Shown piece after piece: positions 20,301 through 28,601 of a DNA stretch of 29,718 nucleotides. Positions within the stretch are counted from its first letter, which is position 1. Every line of letters begins with the position of its first letter. The notes below the pieces were generated by a model. That model was not told the DNA's origin, did not search any database, and saw nothing but the letters and a program-made list of their open reading frames with translations. A program made the translations under genes and the position numbers. The DNA lies in the IMG/VR virus record IMGVR_UViG_3300017719_000111, positions 1 to 29,718 of that record; one strand, written 5' to 3'. This DNA comes from a virus (Duplodnaviria; Caudoviricetes).

Positions 20301-23300
20301 GTTATAATACTACTAGATGCCCAATTTTGCGAAGTCCAGAACATAAATTCTTTTGCTGCTAATTTCCAGTTTTCTATAGCTTCGGTTTGTTTGTTAAAAT
20401 AGTCAAACACAAATCCTTCGTCGATCATATGTTTTTCATAACCCAACAAGAAGTCTACAACACTTTGTATATCTACAAGTATAGTACCGTAATCTAATTG
20501 CGAAGGAGTATCTTTATAGCGTTTTCTAAATTTTGCATTAACTCCGCCTACTTCAGGAAGTTTAGGCAATTTAGTATATTTGGTATCATCAAACGTATCA
20601 GTAGATGTATGATTGACTTTTGTTCTATAATATACATCTTCAAATTCTACTATTTTTCCAGCTATATATGTTTTGTTTTCGCTCCATATAGCAAAACTTT
20701 CACTAATGCCGCCTACGTTAATATTTGGATCATTAGATGATTCTATTGCTTCATAATATGAAAAATACGGCTGTGTTGTATCGTAGCCGCTAATTTTAAA
20801 TCCTTTAGTAGTTTTTTCTACAATCACACCACTGTATGTCACTACCTTTTGAGGTGCGCTGCTTCTAAATTCTAAGTTGTAATTTTCAAATGGTACAAAA
20901 ACATTTCCTTGATTCAAAGGTGTTTTACTATCAAGAACTAATTTTAATTTTTCTTTATTTGCAAATCCTGCAAGTTTAAATCCTAATTTATTTTTGATAT
21001 TTGTAATATCACTAATATATTTACTGTAAGTAAATTCGTTATTTAAACTTACATATTCTGATACAAAGTTAATTAAACCGCTTGAAATGTTTCCATTTAT
21101 TTTTGGAAATACAATGTCCTTTGTAGTGATTCTTTTATCCGTATCTGTATAGACATAATTACCTGCTTTGTCTCTGCTAATACGTGATCTATCATATCCT
21201 ATACCAATAGTATGCGCTGGACGTAATAAAATCATTGCAACTAATAATGCAAATGGATAATCACTACTGCGTCTCCATGCTGTTTCTTCTGGGGCGTGAT
21301 CTCCAAACTTGAAAGGAATATTTCTTTGCACCGCATAACTGAAATTTTGTACATAACCACTTTCAAGTGGAGATAGTAGTTGTCCGTTTTCGTTTACCGG
21401 TATGTGACTTAACAATTTACTTCTTACATACTTGCTTCGAATACTTACAGGTTTTCCTGGCTCTCTTACTGTGCCGTTTTTAATGTCTGTCCATAATATT
21501 AAATTATTACTTGTATAAGGAGCAGGGCCATAAACACTTTCCCACCATGTTGGTTGAGAACTAAATCCTAACATTTCCCATGGATGTGTATGCGGACGGT
21601 CTGTATCATATGCTTCAATATATACACCTCTCCAAAATCCAGGAACATTTTGATTGTTTAGGTTTACAGTTTGACTATAATTATAAGTAAAACTTTCATC
21701 TAGTCTAACAAAACTGTTGTCAGTATAATCATTAATTTTTGCAACTTCTAGCCATTTTGTAAAATCAGTGATAGTAATATTATTAATGTCACTGTTTGAC
21801 ACTTTAGTGTCTCTACTTAAACCACCTACTACATCATGGATATCAAAAATGTCCGTGTCGTATGTAATCTTTAAGTTATTGTAAATTCTCTTTTCTAGCT
21901 CGAGAATCAAATCATCACGATAATCGTCATACGCAACCATCATACTACCGTCATGTCCACGTATAACATTTAACGGTCCAGTACCTCGGATTTCATTACC
22001 GTTTTCATCGTATTGCACTTGGTATGTTGTATCTAAAAACTTTTCAGGCTTGTATGCAGGATATAATCCAATCTTTGTAGGTGTTGGAGGAATAAAACTT
22101 CCTTCAGTATTTGCATATTCTTGTATTTTAATAATGTCGCCATTGTTTAGGTCTTTTATAATACTAACAAACCCTGTGTCTGTAAATGTATAATCAGTAT
22201 TATGTACAAGTTGCTCATCGTTAATATAAATGTAAACTGCTGTATTGCTAATTACATTTTTTTGAAATACTTTGCTTAATGCATATGTCTTTAATCTATT
22301 ATCAAAGACTTCATATTCAATTTCAACACTGCCGCCAGTGCCGGCCATATCAGTGCTGTAAAAATTCATAGTTTGAACTTTATCTTCATTGAGTGTATTA
22401 AAAACATAATCAACGTGTTCTTTAGCTGTACCTTCGTAAAAATCATCAGTTGCTATTTGAATAAATTGTCTTTTGAATTTTTGATATTCATTAGATGCAA
22501 ATCTAACAGCCTTGATAACATTAGCATCTTTAGATACTAGATTATACATTGCTAGATTAATAGGCCCACTATGTTGTACAAATTTTCTACCAAATCCTGC
22601 TACATCGCCTAAGTCTCTAAGATTGCTCACACCTGGTTGTAAACCGTTGAATCCGTTGAGCTCACTAATCAGTCCTTCAACATGATCATTAACTTCGCCT
22701 AATGTAAATTCAGTAATATTACTGTTTAACGGATTTCTTTCTAAATTATAAGGTACCTCATAATATCCGTTTGCATTTTTATCAGCGTTGCTGTGTGTTT
22801 TTACAACAACTATATCTTCAAATTCTAAATCATCTGTAAAAACAATATTTTTAAAATGGTTGTTATTTGTTAGAACATAATCAACATCTGGTGTTTGAAA
22901 CAAACTATTTACATACACTTTTACTTTTAAGTCTTGTAAATCTGCACTGTTATTGTAAACATCTATAGGTAGATTATTTGTAAACTCTGTACCTGTAAAT
23001 TTTCGTACTACAAACTGCTGAGATTTAATTGTTGCTTTTTTCCATGCATTTACAAAGCTATCTTTTTCATTTGTGTATTTCTTTAAAAATAGTGTATCAC
23101 TTGAAATTTTAACAAACTCGTTGTCAACTTTGTAATTGTATTTTTTCTCCAATAATGAAAAATCAAAAACAATATCGCCAATGTTAACAAAGTTTTTGTA
23201 TGTTAAAGGAAATCCAAGTTCTGGATCATTAGCGCCTTCGCCGACACGATAATTAAAAATTCTATTTCCTACAAATTCTGTACTATCGTAAACATTACTA

Positions 23301-25081
23301 TCGCCAATACTATTTTCGTCTTTGTCAAACAAATCAAATCTAGGTGACTGATTTAATCCAGTTTTATCTTGTGCTTTGTTCCACACAATGCCATCATACC
23401 AGTACATGCAGCCAGCATTTACATCGCCATCTAAAATTAGAATAGTTTCGTTTTCTACAGGCATTGTATCTGTAGTTTCTGTTAAACTAATTTGTAAATT
23501 ATTATTATGTGTTATAAAATTTACTTCATATATTTTGCCATTTACTAGGCTATCAGGATCTGCTGTAAATAATACACGCATACCGTCTGCCAAATCAATG
23601 CCGTCAACGTTGTATCCAACACTACCTTCGATTGTACTAAAAACATCTTGTGTAAATGTGTCTACTAAGTCTACCGCGGCTTTTGCACTATTACCATGAT
23701 TGAACAAACGTAAATTTGGTTCAAATTCAATAATAGGTCTACGTGCTCTTAGGTCTTCAAAAATCTCAATAGGCTGATTATTAATTTCTGCACTTTTTTC
23801 AATTACACTACGATGTGTCCATCTATTGTATCTACTCCATGGATTTTTACTTTTGTCTCTACGGTTAATACAAACATAGTCCTTTGTGCCAGCAAAACTT
23901 TTAGCATCGCCAAATGGTACTCTATCAAACGGATTAATATCAAAAGGAACTTGTGTATCTTGTGTAAAAATTGCAGGAACTTGCAGATCTTTTACTGCAA
24001 CTAATTCGATACTTTCTCCAACACCTTCAACATAGTACAAACCTTGTGCATAAGATGCAGGTGTGACATTTCCTTGGAAATAAATTTTCATACCATTTGA
24101 AAAGTCCCAGCCATCTGATGTTTTGTAAGTTTTCTTTCCTAATATTTCTTCTACTACATTTATTTCAGTAGATTCTTCTATATCAAATAAGTTTAGGTTG
24201 CCGCTGACATTTATGTCGTTTTGACTTATATAGTACAATTCAGCTGGAGCGTTTGTAGGTACAGTAAATTTTAATGTACCTTTTTCAATAAATCCATTAT
24301 CTATATAATCATCTCTAAATTTTACAGTATCGTCGTATTCTTCTGTAATTTCAACACCATCTAAATAAAGATTTTCTGCATATACTGCACTATCTGCATA
24401 AGGTACATTTTTTAATCTACTAAGAGCAATACCAAAAGGATGTCCTTTTGTATCAACTTCAAAGATGTAAGTTTGTCCTCTGTAAAGTGTTAGCTTTTTA
24501 TTACGTGTGACTCCATCTGGAGAGAATACAAATGCTGGATCCCCGCCATCAAATTCAACTGTGACTTTGTATGTGCTTACAACTTCAACGCCATTTCCTC
24601 TTACTGGAACTTCTTGGGCACCATTAGGCAACCAATAATACTCACGGAAATTTGTAAATTTATCAAAATCAATATGTGGGTTCCACGCATAAAATTCTTG
24701 TGCAAAAAGTTTATCATGGTTTTTAGTTGTGCTGTTAAATGCTTCGATCTGTCCTAGCAAATCAATATAATCAGCATTGAACTCAATATTTCCAATATTA
24801 TCTTCAATAATTGTGTATGGCTCTAATTGATAATCTTCACGTTGTTTACTTACATCAGAAATATAGTTGTCATCAACAATTGCTGCTTTAGCTTCTCTGC
24901 TACCAACAAATCCATTTAATTTTTCAACTACACCGGGTGATGTTAATTGGTCTAATGTACTACCAATAAATTTCTTGTTTGTATCAGTGCGAAAGTATCT
25001 TGGTAATAATGAAGAAGTAGTTCTTTTACTATCATTACGTCCTGGAACAGGATATTCGTTTTGATTGTCTTCGTATGCCAT
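11357..25081 (-). CDS. Giant multidomain virion/baseplate protein (4574 aa), positional equivalent of the T4 gp7 wedge initiator
   Basis: An uninterrupted 13.7-kb ORF coupled to gp6 by TAATG. It contains FG-GAP-like propeller repeats (FGSSVSITPNGQYLYVGAP, FGYSISLNSVGNKLAIGAP), four CBM5/12-like W....Y..G..V.....Y modules, I..V.I...G.(G/N)Y repeats typical of T4-like marine phage wedge proteins, and C-terminal G.....F.L / V...G......DY beta-sandwich repeats. Confidence 0.8.
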   Translation of the reverse strand: MAYEDNQNEYPVPGRNDSKRTTSSLLPRYFRTDTNKKFIGSTLDQLTSPGVVEKLNGFVGSREAKAAIVDDNYISDVSKQREDYQLEPYTIIEDNIGNIEFNADYIDLLGQIEAFNSTTKNHDKLFAQEFYAWNPHIDFDKFTNFREYYWLPNGAQEVPVRGNGVEVVSTYKVTVEFDGGDPAFVFSPDGVTRNKKLTLYRGQTYIFEVDTKGHPFGIALSRLKNVPYADSAVYAENLYLDGVEITEEYDDTVKFRDDYIDNGFIEKGTLKFTVPTNAPAELYYISQNDINVSGNLNLFDIEESTEINVVEEILGKKTYKTSDGWDFSNGMKIYFQGNVTPASYAQGLYYVEGVGESIELVAVKDLQVPAIFTQDTQVPFDINPFDRVPFGDAKSFAGTKDYVCINRRDKSKNPWSRYNRWTHRSVIEKSAEINNQPIEIFEDLRARRPIIEFEPNLRLFNHGNSAKAAVDLVDTFTQDVFSTIEGSVGYNVDGIDLADGMRVLFTADPDSLVNGKIYEVNFITHNNNLQISLTETTDTMPVENETILILDGDVNAGCMYWYDGIVWNKAQDKTGLNQSPRFDLFDKDENSIGDSNVYDSTEFVGNRIFNYRVGEGANDPELGFPLTYKNFVNIGDIVFDFSLLEKKYNYKVDNEFVKISSDTLFLKKYTNEKDSFVNAWKKATIKSQQFVVRKFTGTEFTNNLPIDVYNNSADLQDLKVKVYVNSLFQTPDVDYVLTNNNHFKNIVFTDDLEFEDIVVVKTHSNADKNANGYYEVPYNLERNPLNSNITEFTLGEVNDHVEGLISELNGFNGLQPGVSNLRDLGDVAGFGRKFVQHSGPINLAMYNLVSKDANVIKAVRFASNEYQKFKRQFIQIATDDFYEGTAKEHVDYVFNTLNEDKVQTMNFYSTDMAGTGGSVEIEYEVFDNRLKTYALSKVFQKNVISNTAVYIYINDEQLVHNTDYTFTDTGFVSIIKDLNNGDIIKIQEYANTEGSFIPPTPTKIGLYPAYKPEKFLDTTYQVQYDENGNEIRGTGPLNVIRGHDGSMMVAYDDYRDDLILELEKRIYNNLKITYDTDIFDIHDVVGGLSRDTKVSNSDINNITITDFTKWLEVAKINDYTDNSFVRLDESFTYNYSQTVNLNNQNVPGFWRGVYIEAYDTDRPHTHPWEMLGFSSQPTWWESVYGPAPYTSNNLILWTDIKNGTVREPGKPVSIRSKYVRSKLLSHIPVNENGQLLSPLESGYVQNFSYAVQRNIPFKFGDHAPEETAWRRSSDYPFALLVAMILLRPAHTIGIGYDRSRISRDKAGNYVYTDTDKRITTKDIVFPKINGNISSGLINFVSEYVSLNNEFTYSKYISDITNIKNKLGFKLAGFANKEKLKLVLDSKTPLNQGNVFVPFENYNLEFRSSAPQKVVTYSGVIVEKTTKGFKISGYDTTQPYFSYYEAIESSNDPNINVGGISESFAIWSENKTYIAGKIVEFEDVYYRTKVNHTSTDTFDDTKYTKLPKLPEVGGVNAKFRKRYKDTPSQLDYGTILVDIQSVVDFLLGYEKHMIDEGFVFDYFNKQTEAIENWKLAAKEFMFWTSQNWASSSIITLSPSANNVLFSKEYYVVDDVFDSFYNYQILNQNGKKLNRSFFNVYRDNINNFQLTSTEDGIFLLKLPLIQKEHVVFIDNTTVFNDTIYSLSTGYRQQRLKVVGYRTDEWNGSLNIPGFLYDDARITEWKSYKDYTVGELIKFKEFYYAAQFTHSGTENFDFDLWNRLPSKPENQLQPNWDYRANQFADFYDLDTDNFDAEQQRLAQHLIGYQKRGYLSNIIQDDVSQYKFYQGFIQDKGTANSITKLFDKLGSANKDSIELFEEWAIRVGQYGALKSFDEVEFKLDEKQFRIEPQTMQLVNQVDQTRTDLVYQFPKSDVLIAPANYDTGFLPTQNAVNEYTKTAGYVKLDQINFLAKTIEDILTVDIDSVDIGNYVWVTKDLNTWAMYRHMISDISITKVESTELGFKMYFNKPIEFDEDSVIGVNNIHPDVNGFWLVTNVQRNIVYNTDGTISQPNIEIETDNPISESVIDVEDSTLGIVSEFCIRRVSEPSESNLILQAYDLNANDRIWIDDIGDGVSAVYDRNVIRNKLQDITAPEENSNEYGRSVSASFNNTIMAVGTPDIDDGRVYIYTRSSDAIPFTVKQTLQPQPQYHSKGDFGSSVSITPNGQYLYVGAPTASNVKSRYKGALDPLQEYQQADIVSSKGVLWQALRTVTVESSTINLESQDWQRVNMITADPSATNLGYNDQGVVYIYKKLIDNSFELIDIICSSAPGENEKFGLGIKAVSPGDFDHSLYVRSLADNGRVYIINNLGVDNIEEYEYNIDPSYRGEWQTIAKYIENEIVYYDGELYQANQTVFAGNTFDTDSWNLLDTFVDYTGYITSDLTSTTDLYNEDSSGFGLATDIGVTYDISANGEVIALSGILAGDEYRVAIYRKENNRYVFDQNIDGPVDDEYFGYSISLNSVGNKLAIGAPNSKDKGILNGKVYVYKLANQQFELDQQLYAPDGEKNNRFGVYVVLDDNRLAVTSENGDTNFALEFDNGETIFDNAATNIVDTVEDNNQVYMFENISNKLIYSEKLYSSTDISGAKNAYGYLNRNHLYVVAPAQDLTNILADSTNNKGIIQDYRSDIGKTAWTINSSVDPFVDLSKIKGVWLYDTKTKDLISYIDYIDPIQGRIAGPAEQELSYKLYYDPAVYNTGSTNTGDKDLWSTNYVGKLWWNLTTVRWYNPYTGDIQYKTNNWNQLIPGYDVDIYEWVESNYLPSEWDSIADTTEGLSEGISGLSLYGDETYTIQNSYDPITGVAASRYYFWVKSKTTLPNTYGRKISALDVENLIRDPAGQGYRFVNLFDSKNFALHNVRNLIKDKDTVLHIDYYTTEDRDDNIHSEYHLLTEGLASSKPNSDLVAKWVDSLVGYNEQNIQLPDTRVSIARRFGILNEPNQSMFVNRKEALKQIIERVNGILNEYVVVDEFDISPLLQADPAPSKFSNLWDTEIDSESLLRFIGTAKISQAVLTPTIVDGRITEVSITNSGRGYIDSNYTTGSTRHGPTVTIEGTGTDAELKTYINNLGQIVDVEIVNSGKNYLDNTVLIVRPFSVLVKNDSDIGGFWAVYNWISSTGEWFRNQIQDYDVSLYWDYKDWYAEGYNAETAINFIIPGAYALEATPDRIGSVVKIETIGTGGWLLLEKIDNQQNVDYTVNYKSIGRQNGTICLSSQLYQNESVGYDKQIYDTSFYDREPSEEIKIILKAIEENLFVDQLEVEWNKLFFSSVRYAISEQVDVDWIFKSSFVTAKHNVGELQQKITYQNDNLPNYQEYINEVKPFSAKVREYISAYEKVDPTQTNVTDFDLPPSYDSELGKVVPSAIQFVNNQLVNVPTSVLTYPNRNWYDNVGFEIKEFVIFDGGSGYTNTANVTVSGGGGPTLEGSAYLGGNTINFIEVDTVGAKYFNTPTVTINGSLNEDGREAIVYAIIGNNLVRNTHMRMKFDRVTGSYLFTTLDETETFLGNGGSTDFNLKWPLSTRSADLTITVGGVEQLISDYTSSNELDKTRSFERYKGKISFTTAPANNAEVVINYKKSTDLLTAADRINFFYNPTTGMPGKDLAQLMDGIDYSGVQMDSIDFGESLGWDLQGFGVDFDSYDTANEDEIIVLDGSTQTVSLSTELEAGVVYNVYLNNVRIDDPSYPLPGTNPNAKMVSPVGDGITKNVFLDSDVITTQMDDVVIVRKSTSDGSFTPESTAFDVSLRGGTFENTSALGIDPAEITVDGDGFVTETTSKGPEEQVPGQVLDTLDMTIYNRVSQGQGIIAVRNYITDGNTLNWNFDLFPQTEKTIIVTIDGEVIPNSDLVVDYENKYIALGDSTVIEAGKNLSILSIGTNGVDIIDSDNIISTGNSRTFELPIRFTTEQSTFVTLNGVKQEPATQYGYDTNDAGFGVIEFPTAPSANTVIGYTVYSANINQFSEMVIDKTMTVDGDNRVHRFDNDVALPFVKKPYSHNILVQRSKGSKFLNPGYRKSYIMTIQRDYDIDAWQFEDTTLVNSSDVVIYLNGEVLAETLWNYDPLNGRVEILSNNIGLPGDLLEIFIIRDAEYFFFNTIAVVKGGSALAQIPQGTDVAFALTDDSTVVNARVESFKYSGENDAIIELQGYVRDLFDLKSTDSTPAMIAGDDSTQNLEIEEVRLQETDVLCLLETPEDWETVDIYTFSNHDINELERNSYDVVWNTNQAPEGTQEYIDKNLLSTGYVKLQKPAISANYVWVFKNGIILVPQKDYKIVDKKDGVQMYEKVDPNDTIDVLQFAAPVSKPKFGYRIFKDMLNRFHYKRLNKDNEYELQQPLNYYDQTIQLKDATGIQSPNRAIGLPGVVYIDKERIEYFAVDNNQLRQIRRGTLGTGIKETYAVNTKVIGQGIEENIPYKDEIYKTKYVGDSSTKQFLLDWIPTSVNEFDVYLGGIKLRKDVITSFDPTKDQDSPEGDITIAPEYTMETIIFGEATVTAIYLADYLNPPADGTLVEVVRKTGRVWSEQGKTIADSENQICKFITDKTISLPR

Positions 25082-28000
25082 TAGTAATCATTTCCTTCGG
25101 TAATAATATTTGTATTTGTGACTGAGCTTTGTATTCCTACATTCAACACTTCGTCGCTAGTTATAACTGTACCTGTAGCTTTTAAACGTGCGGCAGTAAT
25201 ACTATCAATAACTTCTACATCAGAAACATTTGCTGCATTTACAAATATTTCATCATTTTCGCAAACTATTTCGTACAAACTACCAAACACTTGTGTTTCG
25301 CTTTTTGGTACTAAAACTATACTTGCTGCATCTGGAGAAACCTGTGTCATAACATATGCTGCTAATTCACTAAAATAAAATGTTTCACCAAAGTCCCAAT
25401 TTTCTAAACTAAAATATTCATTTATTGCATCAACAACTCGAGACTTTATGTCATTATCATTTACAACTCTGCCTGAGTTTTTAACTATTTTTATAGTTGC
25501 TTGTAAATCTTCATCTGCTAAACTACCAAACAACGGTTTGTATTTTACAGGATGATATATTAGTTCATCGGAAATACTTTTAATTTTTTTAATATCTTGT
25601 CCGTAGCTTAAAAATAAACTATCACTGCTAGGAGGCAACGGTTTTTCATCTAAATTGCCAATAAGATATTTTCTAAATTCTGTATCATATGTTTTTTCTA
25701 AAAGATACAAATCAATAATGTTGCTGCTGCTAGGATCTATTCTACGATTTTCTGCTGCTGCATGTCTGTAATTAAATCGTAAACTATCTCTGCCTTTGTA
25801 AGCACGCCAATTTATATCTAATTCCAATCTTGTCATTGTCGAATTAATTTTTTTAAACACATCTGTGCTGCTTATATAAAAAACTTCATTGCCGGTGTAA
25901 TTGCTAAATGCTCCAACAGCAGCTTCTGTATTTTTTACAATAATGTTATTTGTTTCTGCATTTGCATATTCAAATGTTTCAACATCGTTCATTAGCACTT
26001 TTTTTGCAAATATATATTTTGTATCTGGCAAATAATCAGGTGCAACAATTTGTGTAAACACATCTGGATCGTCGATCACACCGTCGCCGTCTGTGTCAAC
26101 AAATCCTACTTCTAATTTTTTACTGTCAACATAACCTGCAACTGATCTATAAGAAGAAATAACTTGGAATTTATAATCTTGTGTAAAATTTGTTAAACTA
26201 TCAGGAACATTATTATTACTTAATACATCAATTGTATCAGTCACAATTTTTCCAGTTTTGCTATCATATATTCTATCATTGCCATCAAAGTAGAAACGTA
26301 TTTGTTCATCGCTTTCAAACACATATCTCAATCCACGATGAGTCACAGTATAAGTTTCTCCGTTGGTTTCAAACAAGAAAATCCAACTACTGTCTTGATT
26401 TGAGCCTGTAGCATCACCTGCTCTACCTGTGCTAAATGCACTAGTTTTATCTAAGTTTGTTGATGTAATAACTTTCCAATTTGAAGTTTCTACATCATAA
26501 CGCAATCCAAAAGTTTTATAACTAAATGCTTGATCCACCATTTGAGATAATGTATCTGCTACAATGCTTAAATTTAATACTGAAATAATCTCAGATAATT
26601 GCGCACCTGACGGAATATTATCATTTAAAATAACAGGTCCTAAATCGCTATCAATGTCTTGTATTGTACCATTTTCAAAAACACTTACAACTTTTGTCCA
26701 AATATAAGTTTTGTCTCCTAGCTTAGTAGGATTGCCTACAACCAATTTATTGTTTTTATCAAAATACTGACCAGTAGGAGCAATAAATTTAATTAAACTA
26801 CCAGGTGCTACAAATCTCATTGTGTTAGCTGTAAAACTACTAACTGCAACAGGAATGTTAAATTGATCTTGAAATATACCTGAACTTTGATTGGTATCAT
26901 TAGTAGTTGGGTTCCAAGTAAAATTCAAGTCTTCTACACTAATATTTCTATCAAAGTTTTTGTAATAAAAGTTTTTTGTTTGTGTATGTTTAACAATTTC
27001 TAAAACTTTTGAATTAATCACTGCTTCGATGTCAGTTCTTGTTGTAAATCCAAAACTAAATTTCTTTGCTAAATCTTCACTGTAAACGCTACCGTCATCA
27101 CCAAACATTAATGTGTTGCTGTACTTGCCAGTTGCATCACGTAAATCATAATAGCGACTTATTCCACTACTAGTTCTATTAATGCTTTTTGTTTTAATAA
27201 TCTGTTGACTTACTCCTAAAGGACCGATATTATAATCTTCGCCTGTAATAAGTCTATTTTGTGTGTAAAACGTACTAGGTGCATTTGTTTTAATACTTTC
27301 ATTTGTTTCACTAGTATCTGCATTAGATACAGGAACTTGTAAATCTAAAACTAAATTTAGCGTTTCTGTTGTACCGCTTTTACTTAGGTAAGGTATTTGT
27401 ATTTGTATTCCTACTAAGTCTGCAGGATTAATTTTATATTGTTCATTAGCACTGGTTCTGTAATAAACTTTAAAACTTCCTTTTGGCAATGTGCCAAAAA
27501 CACCATCACTGAAAATTAAACTTATACGATCGCTAATTCTACTGAGTACACCATATATATCTCTGACGCCTTTTTCAACACTGTTGTACACAATATTGTT
27601 GCCCTCGATATTGCTAACTTTTGTCCAAATATCTTGCTCGGTGCCGTTGCTGTCTAGTTTGTATAACCAAACGTCAGATTCATTTATATTATCTGTATCA
27701 ATATTTACAGTTGTGTTTGGAACAGGATTATCTATAGTAAAAACATTGTTTTTTAGAGTACCTTGTCTAAAGTGTAAAAAGAATCCACTGTTTGCACTGC
27801 CTGCACCTTGTCCGCTGTCTCTGTATAAAAACGCTAATTTGTTTCCTGGAAACGGTTCTTCTTCATAAATGAAATTATCTCCAGTGTCAATACCTGCACT
27901 AGTAATTTCAAATTTTCTACTTTTGCTGTCAACTGATTTAGTAAAACTGAATACTGGAATATCAGTGTTTGTTCCATTAAATCTATATTGTTCAGTTATA

Positions 28001-28545
28001 ATGCCGTCAACTGTAGATTTTTTTACAGGACGTCCAAAACGTGAATTTGCAGGTAGAGCAGAATTCATTATTTTAATAAATTGCTCATACCAGTCACTGT
28101 TTGTTGCATCGTTCCAAAGTACAGTTTGTCCACTAAGATTGTTATTATTTGCATCAAACACATCTTCGGTTGTACTTATACTATCAATTTTTAGTAAGCC
28201 ATTTGCAGTTGTATTTCTACTTGCATTATAGCTAATCAATCTTGCCAAACGGAGAATGCTTTCTCTACGTTCTGCTGTTTCGATATAATTTTCTCTAGCA
28301 TTTAGGTCTGTGCGGAAGGCTAGGTTTTGACCTAAAAATGCAATCAAATCAATCAGTGCAAGATATTCTGAACTTTCAATATAATCGTTGTAGTCTTCAG
28401 GATAATTTTCTCTAATATAAGAAATCATTGTTCTACGTAGATTGTCAAAGTCATAACTTTGAAAATCAGCGTATTTAAAACTTTGATATATTGCTTTCCA
28501 ATCTTCTGCTAATAGAAGTCGATTTTGCCTATCTGTCGTTGACAT
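25081..28545 (-). CDS. gp6: Baseplate wedge subunit, T4 gp6-like (enlarged, 1154 aa)
   Basis: The N-terminus DFDNLRRTMISYIR...LIDLIAFLGQNLAFRTDLNARENYIETAERRESILRLARLISY, plus IFSDGVFGTLP, ETNESIKTNAPSTFYTQNRLITGEDY and the C-terminal INEYFSLENWDFGETFYFSEL, are gp6/baseplate-J family hallmarks. It follows gp25. SD is GAGG. Confidence 0.9.
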   Translation of the reverse strand: MSTTDRQNRLLLAEDWKAIYQSFKYADFQSYDFDNLRRTMISYIRENYPEDYNDYIESSEYLALIDLIAFLGQNLAFRTDLNARENYIETAERRESILRLARLISYNASRNTTANGLLKIDSISTTEDVFDANNNNLSGQTVLWNDATNSDWYEQFIKIMNSALPANSRFGRPVKKSTVDGIITEQYRFNGTNTDIPVFSFTKSVDSKSRKFEITSAGIDTGDNFIYEEEPFPGNKLAFLYRDSGQGAGSANSGFFLHFRQGTLKNNVFTIDNPVPNTTVNIDTDNINESDVWLYKLDSNGTEQDIWTKVSNIEGNNIVYNSVEKGVRDIYGVLSRISDRISLIFSDGVFGTLPKGSFKVYYRTSANEQYKINPADLVGIQIQIPYLSKSGTTETLNLVLDLQVPVSNADTSETNESIKTNAPSTFYTQNRLITGEDYNIGPLGVSQQIIKTKSINRTSSGISRYYDLRDATGKYSNTLMFGDDGSVYSEDLAKKFSFGFTTRTDIEAVINSKVLEIVKHTQTKNFYYKNFDRNISVEDLNFTWNPTTNDTNQSSGIFQDQFNIPVAVSSFTANTMRFVAPGSLIKFIAPTGQYFDKNNKLVVGNPTKLGDKTYIWTKVVSVFENGTIQDIDSDLGPVILNDNIPSGAQLSEIISVLNLSIVADTLSQMVDQAFSYKTFGLRYDVETSNWKVITSTNLDKTSAFSTGRAGDATGSNQDSSWIFLFETNGETYTVTHRGLRYVFESDEQIRFYFDGNDRIYDSKTGKIVTDTIDVLSNNNVPDSLTNFTQDYKFQVISSYRSVAGYVDSKKLEVGFVDTDGDGVIDDPDVFTQIVAPDYLPDTKYIFAKKVLMNDVETFEYANAETNNIIVKNTEAAVGAFSNYTGNEVFYISSTDVFKKINSTMTRLELDINWRAYKGRDSLRFNYRHAAAENRRIDPSSSNIIDLYLLEKTYDTEFRKYLIGNLDEKPLPPSSDSLFLSYGQDIKKIKSISDELIYHPVKYKPLFGSLADEDLQATIKIVKNSGRVVNDNDIKSRVVDAINEYFSLENWDFGETFYFSELAAYVMTQVSPDAASIVLVPKSETQVFGSLYEIVCENDEIFVNAANVSDVEVIDSITAARLKATGTVITSDEVLNVGIQSSVTNTNIITEGNDY

Positions 28546-28568
28546 ATGCCATTCCTCACTTTACAGTG

Positions 28569-28601
28569 TATTTACCTGAAGTGATAATGTGCGTATTTAA
28601 A
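28569..28601 (-). promoter_or_regulatory. Two tandem TAAATAC late-type boxes upstream of gp6
   Basis: The minus strand reads TT TAA ATACGC (overlapping the gp25 stop, 28601-28594) and then GGTAAATACACTGTAAAGTGAGGAATGGCATATG (28576-28569). Confidence 0.55.

Noticed and set aside
11357-25081. Intein or intron as an explanation for the giant ORF
   Set aside because: No intein splice-junction or LAGLIDADG motifs were recognised. The length is accounted for by repeated structural modules.
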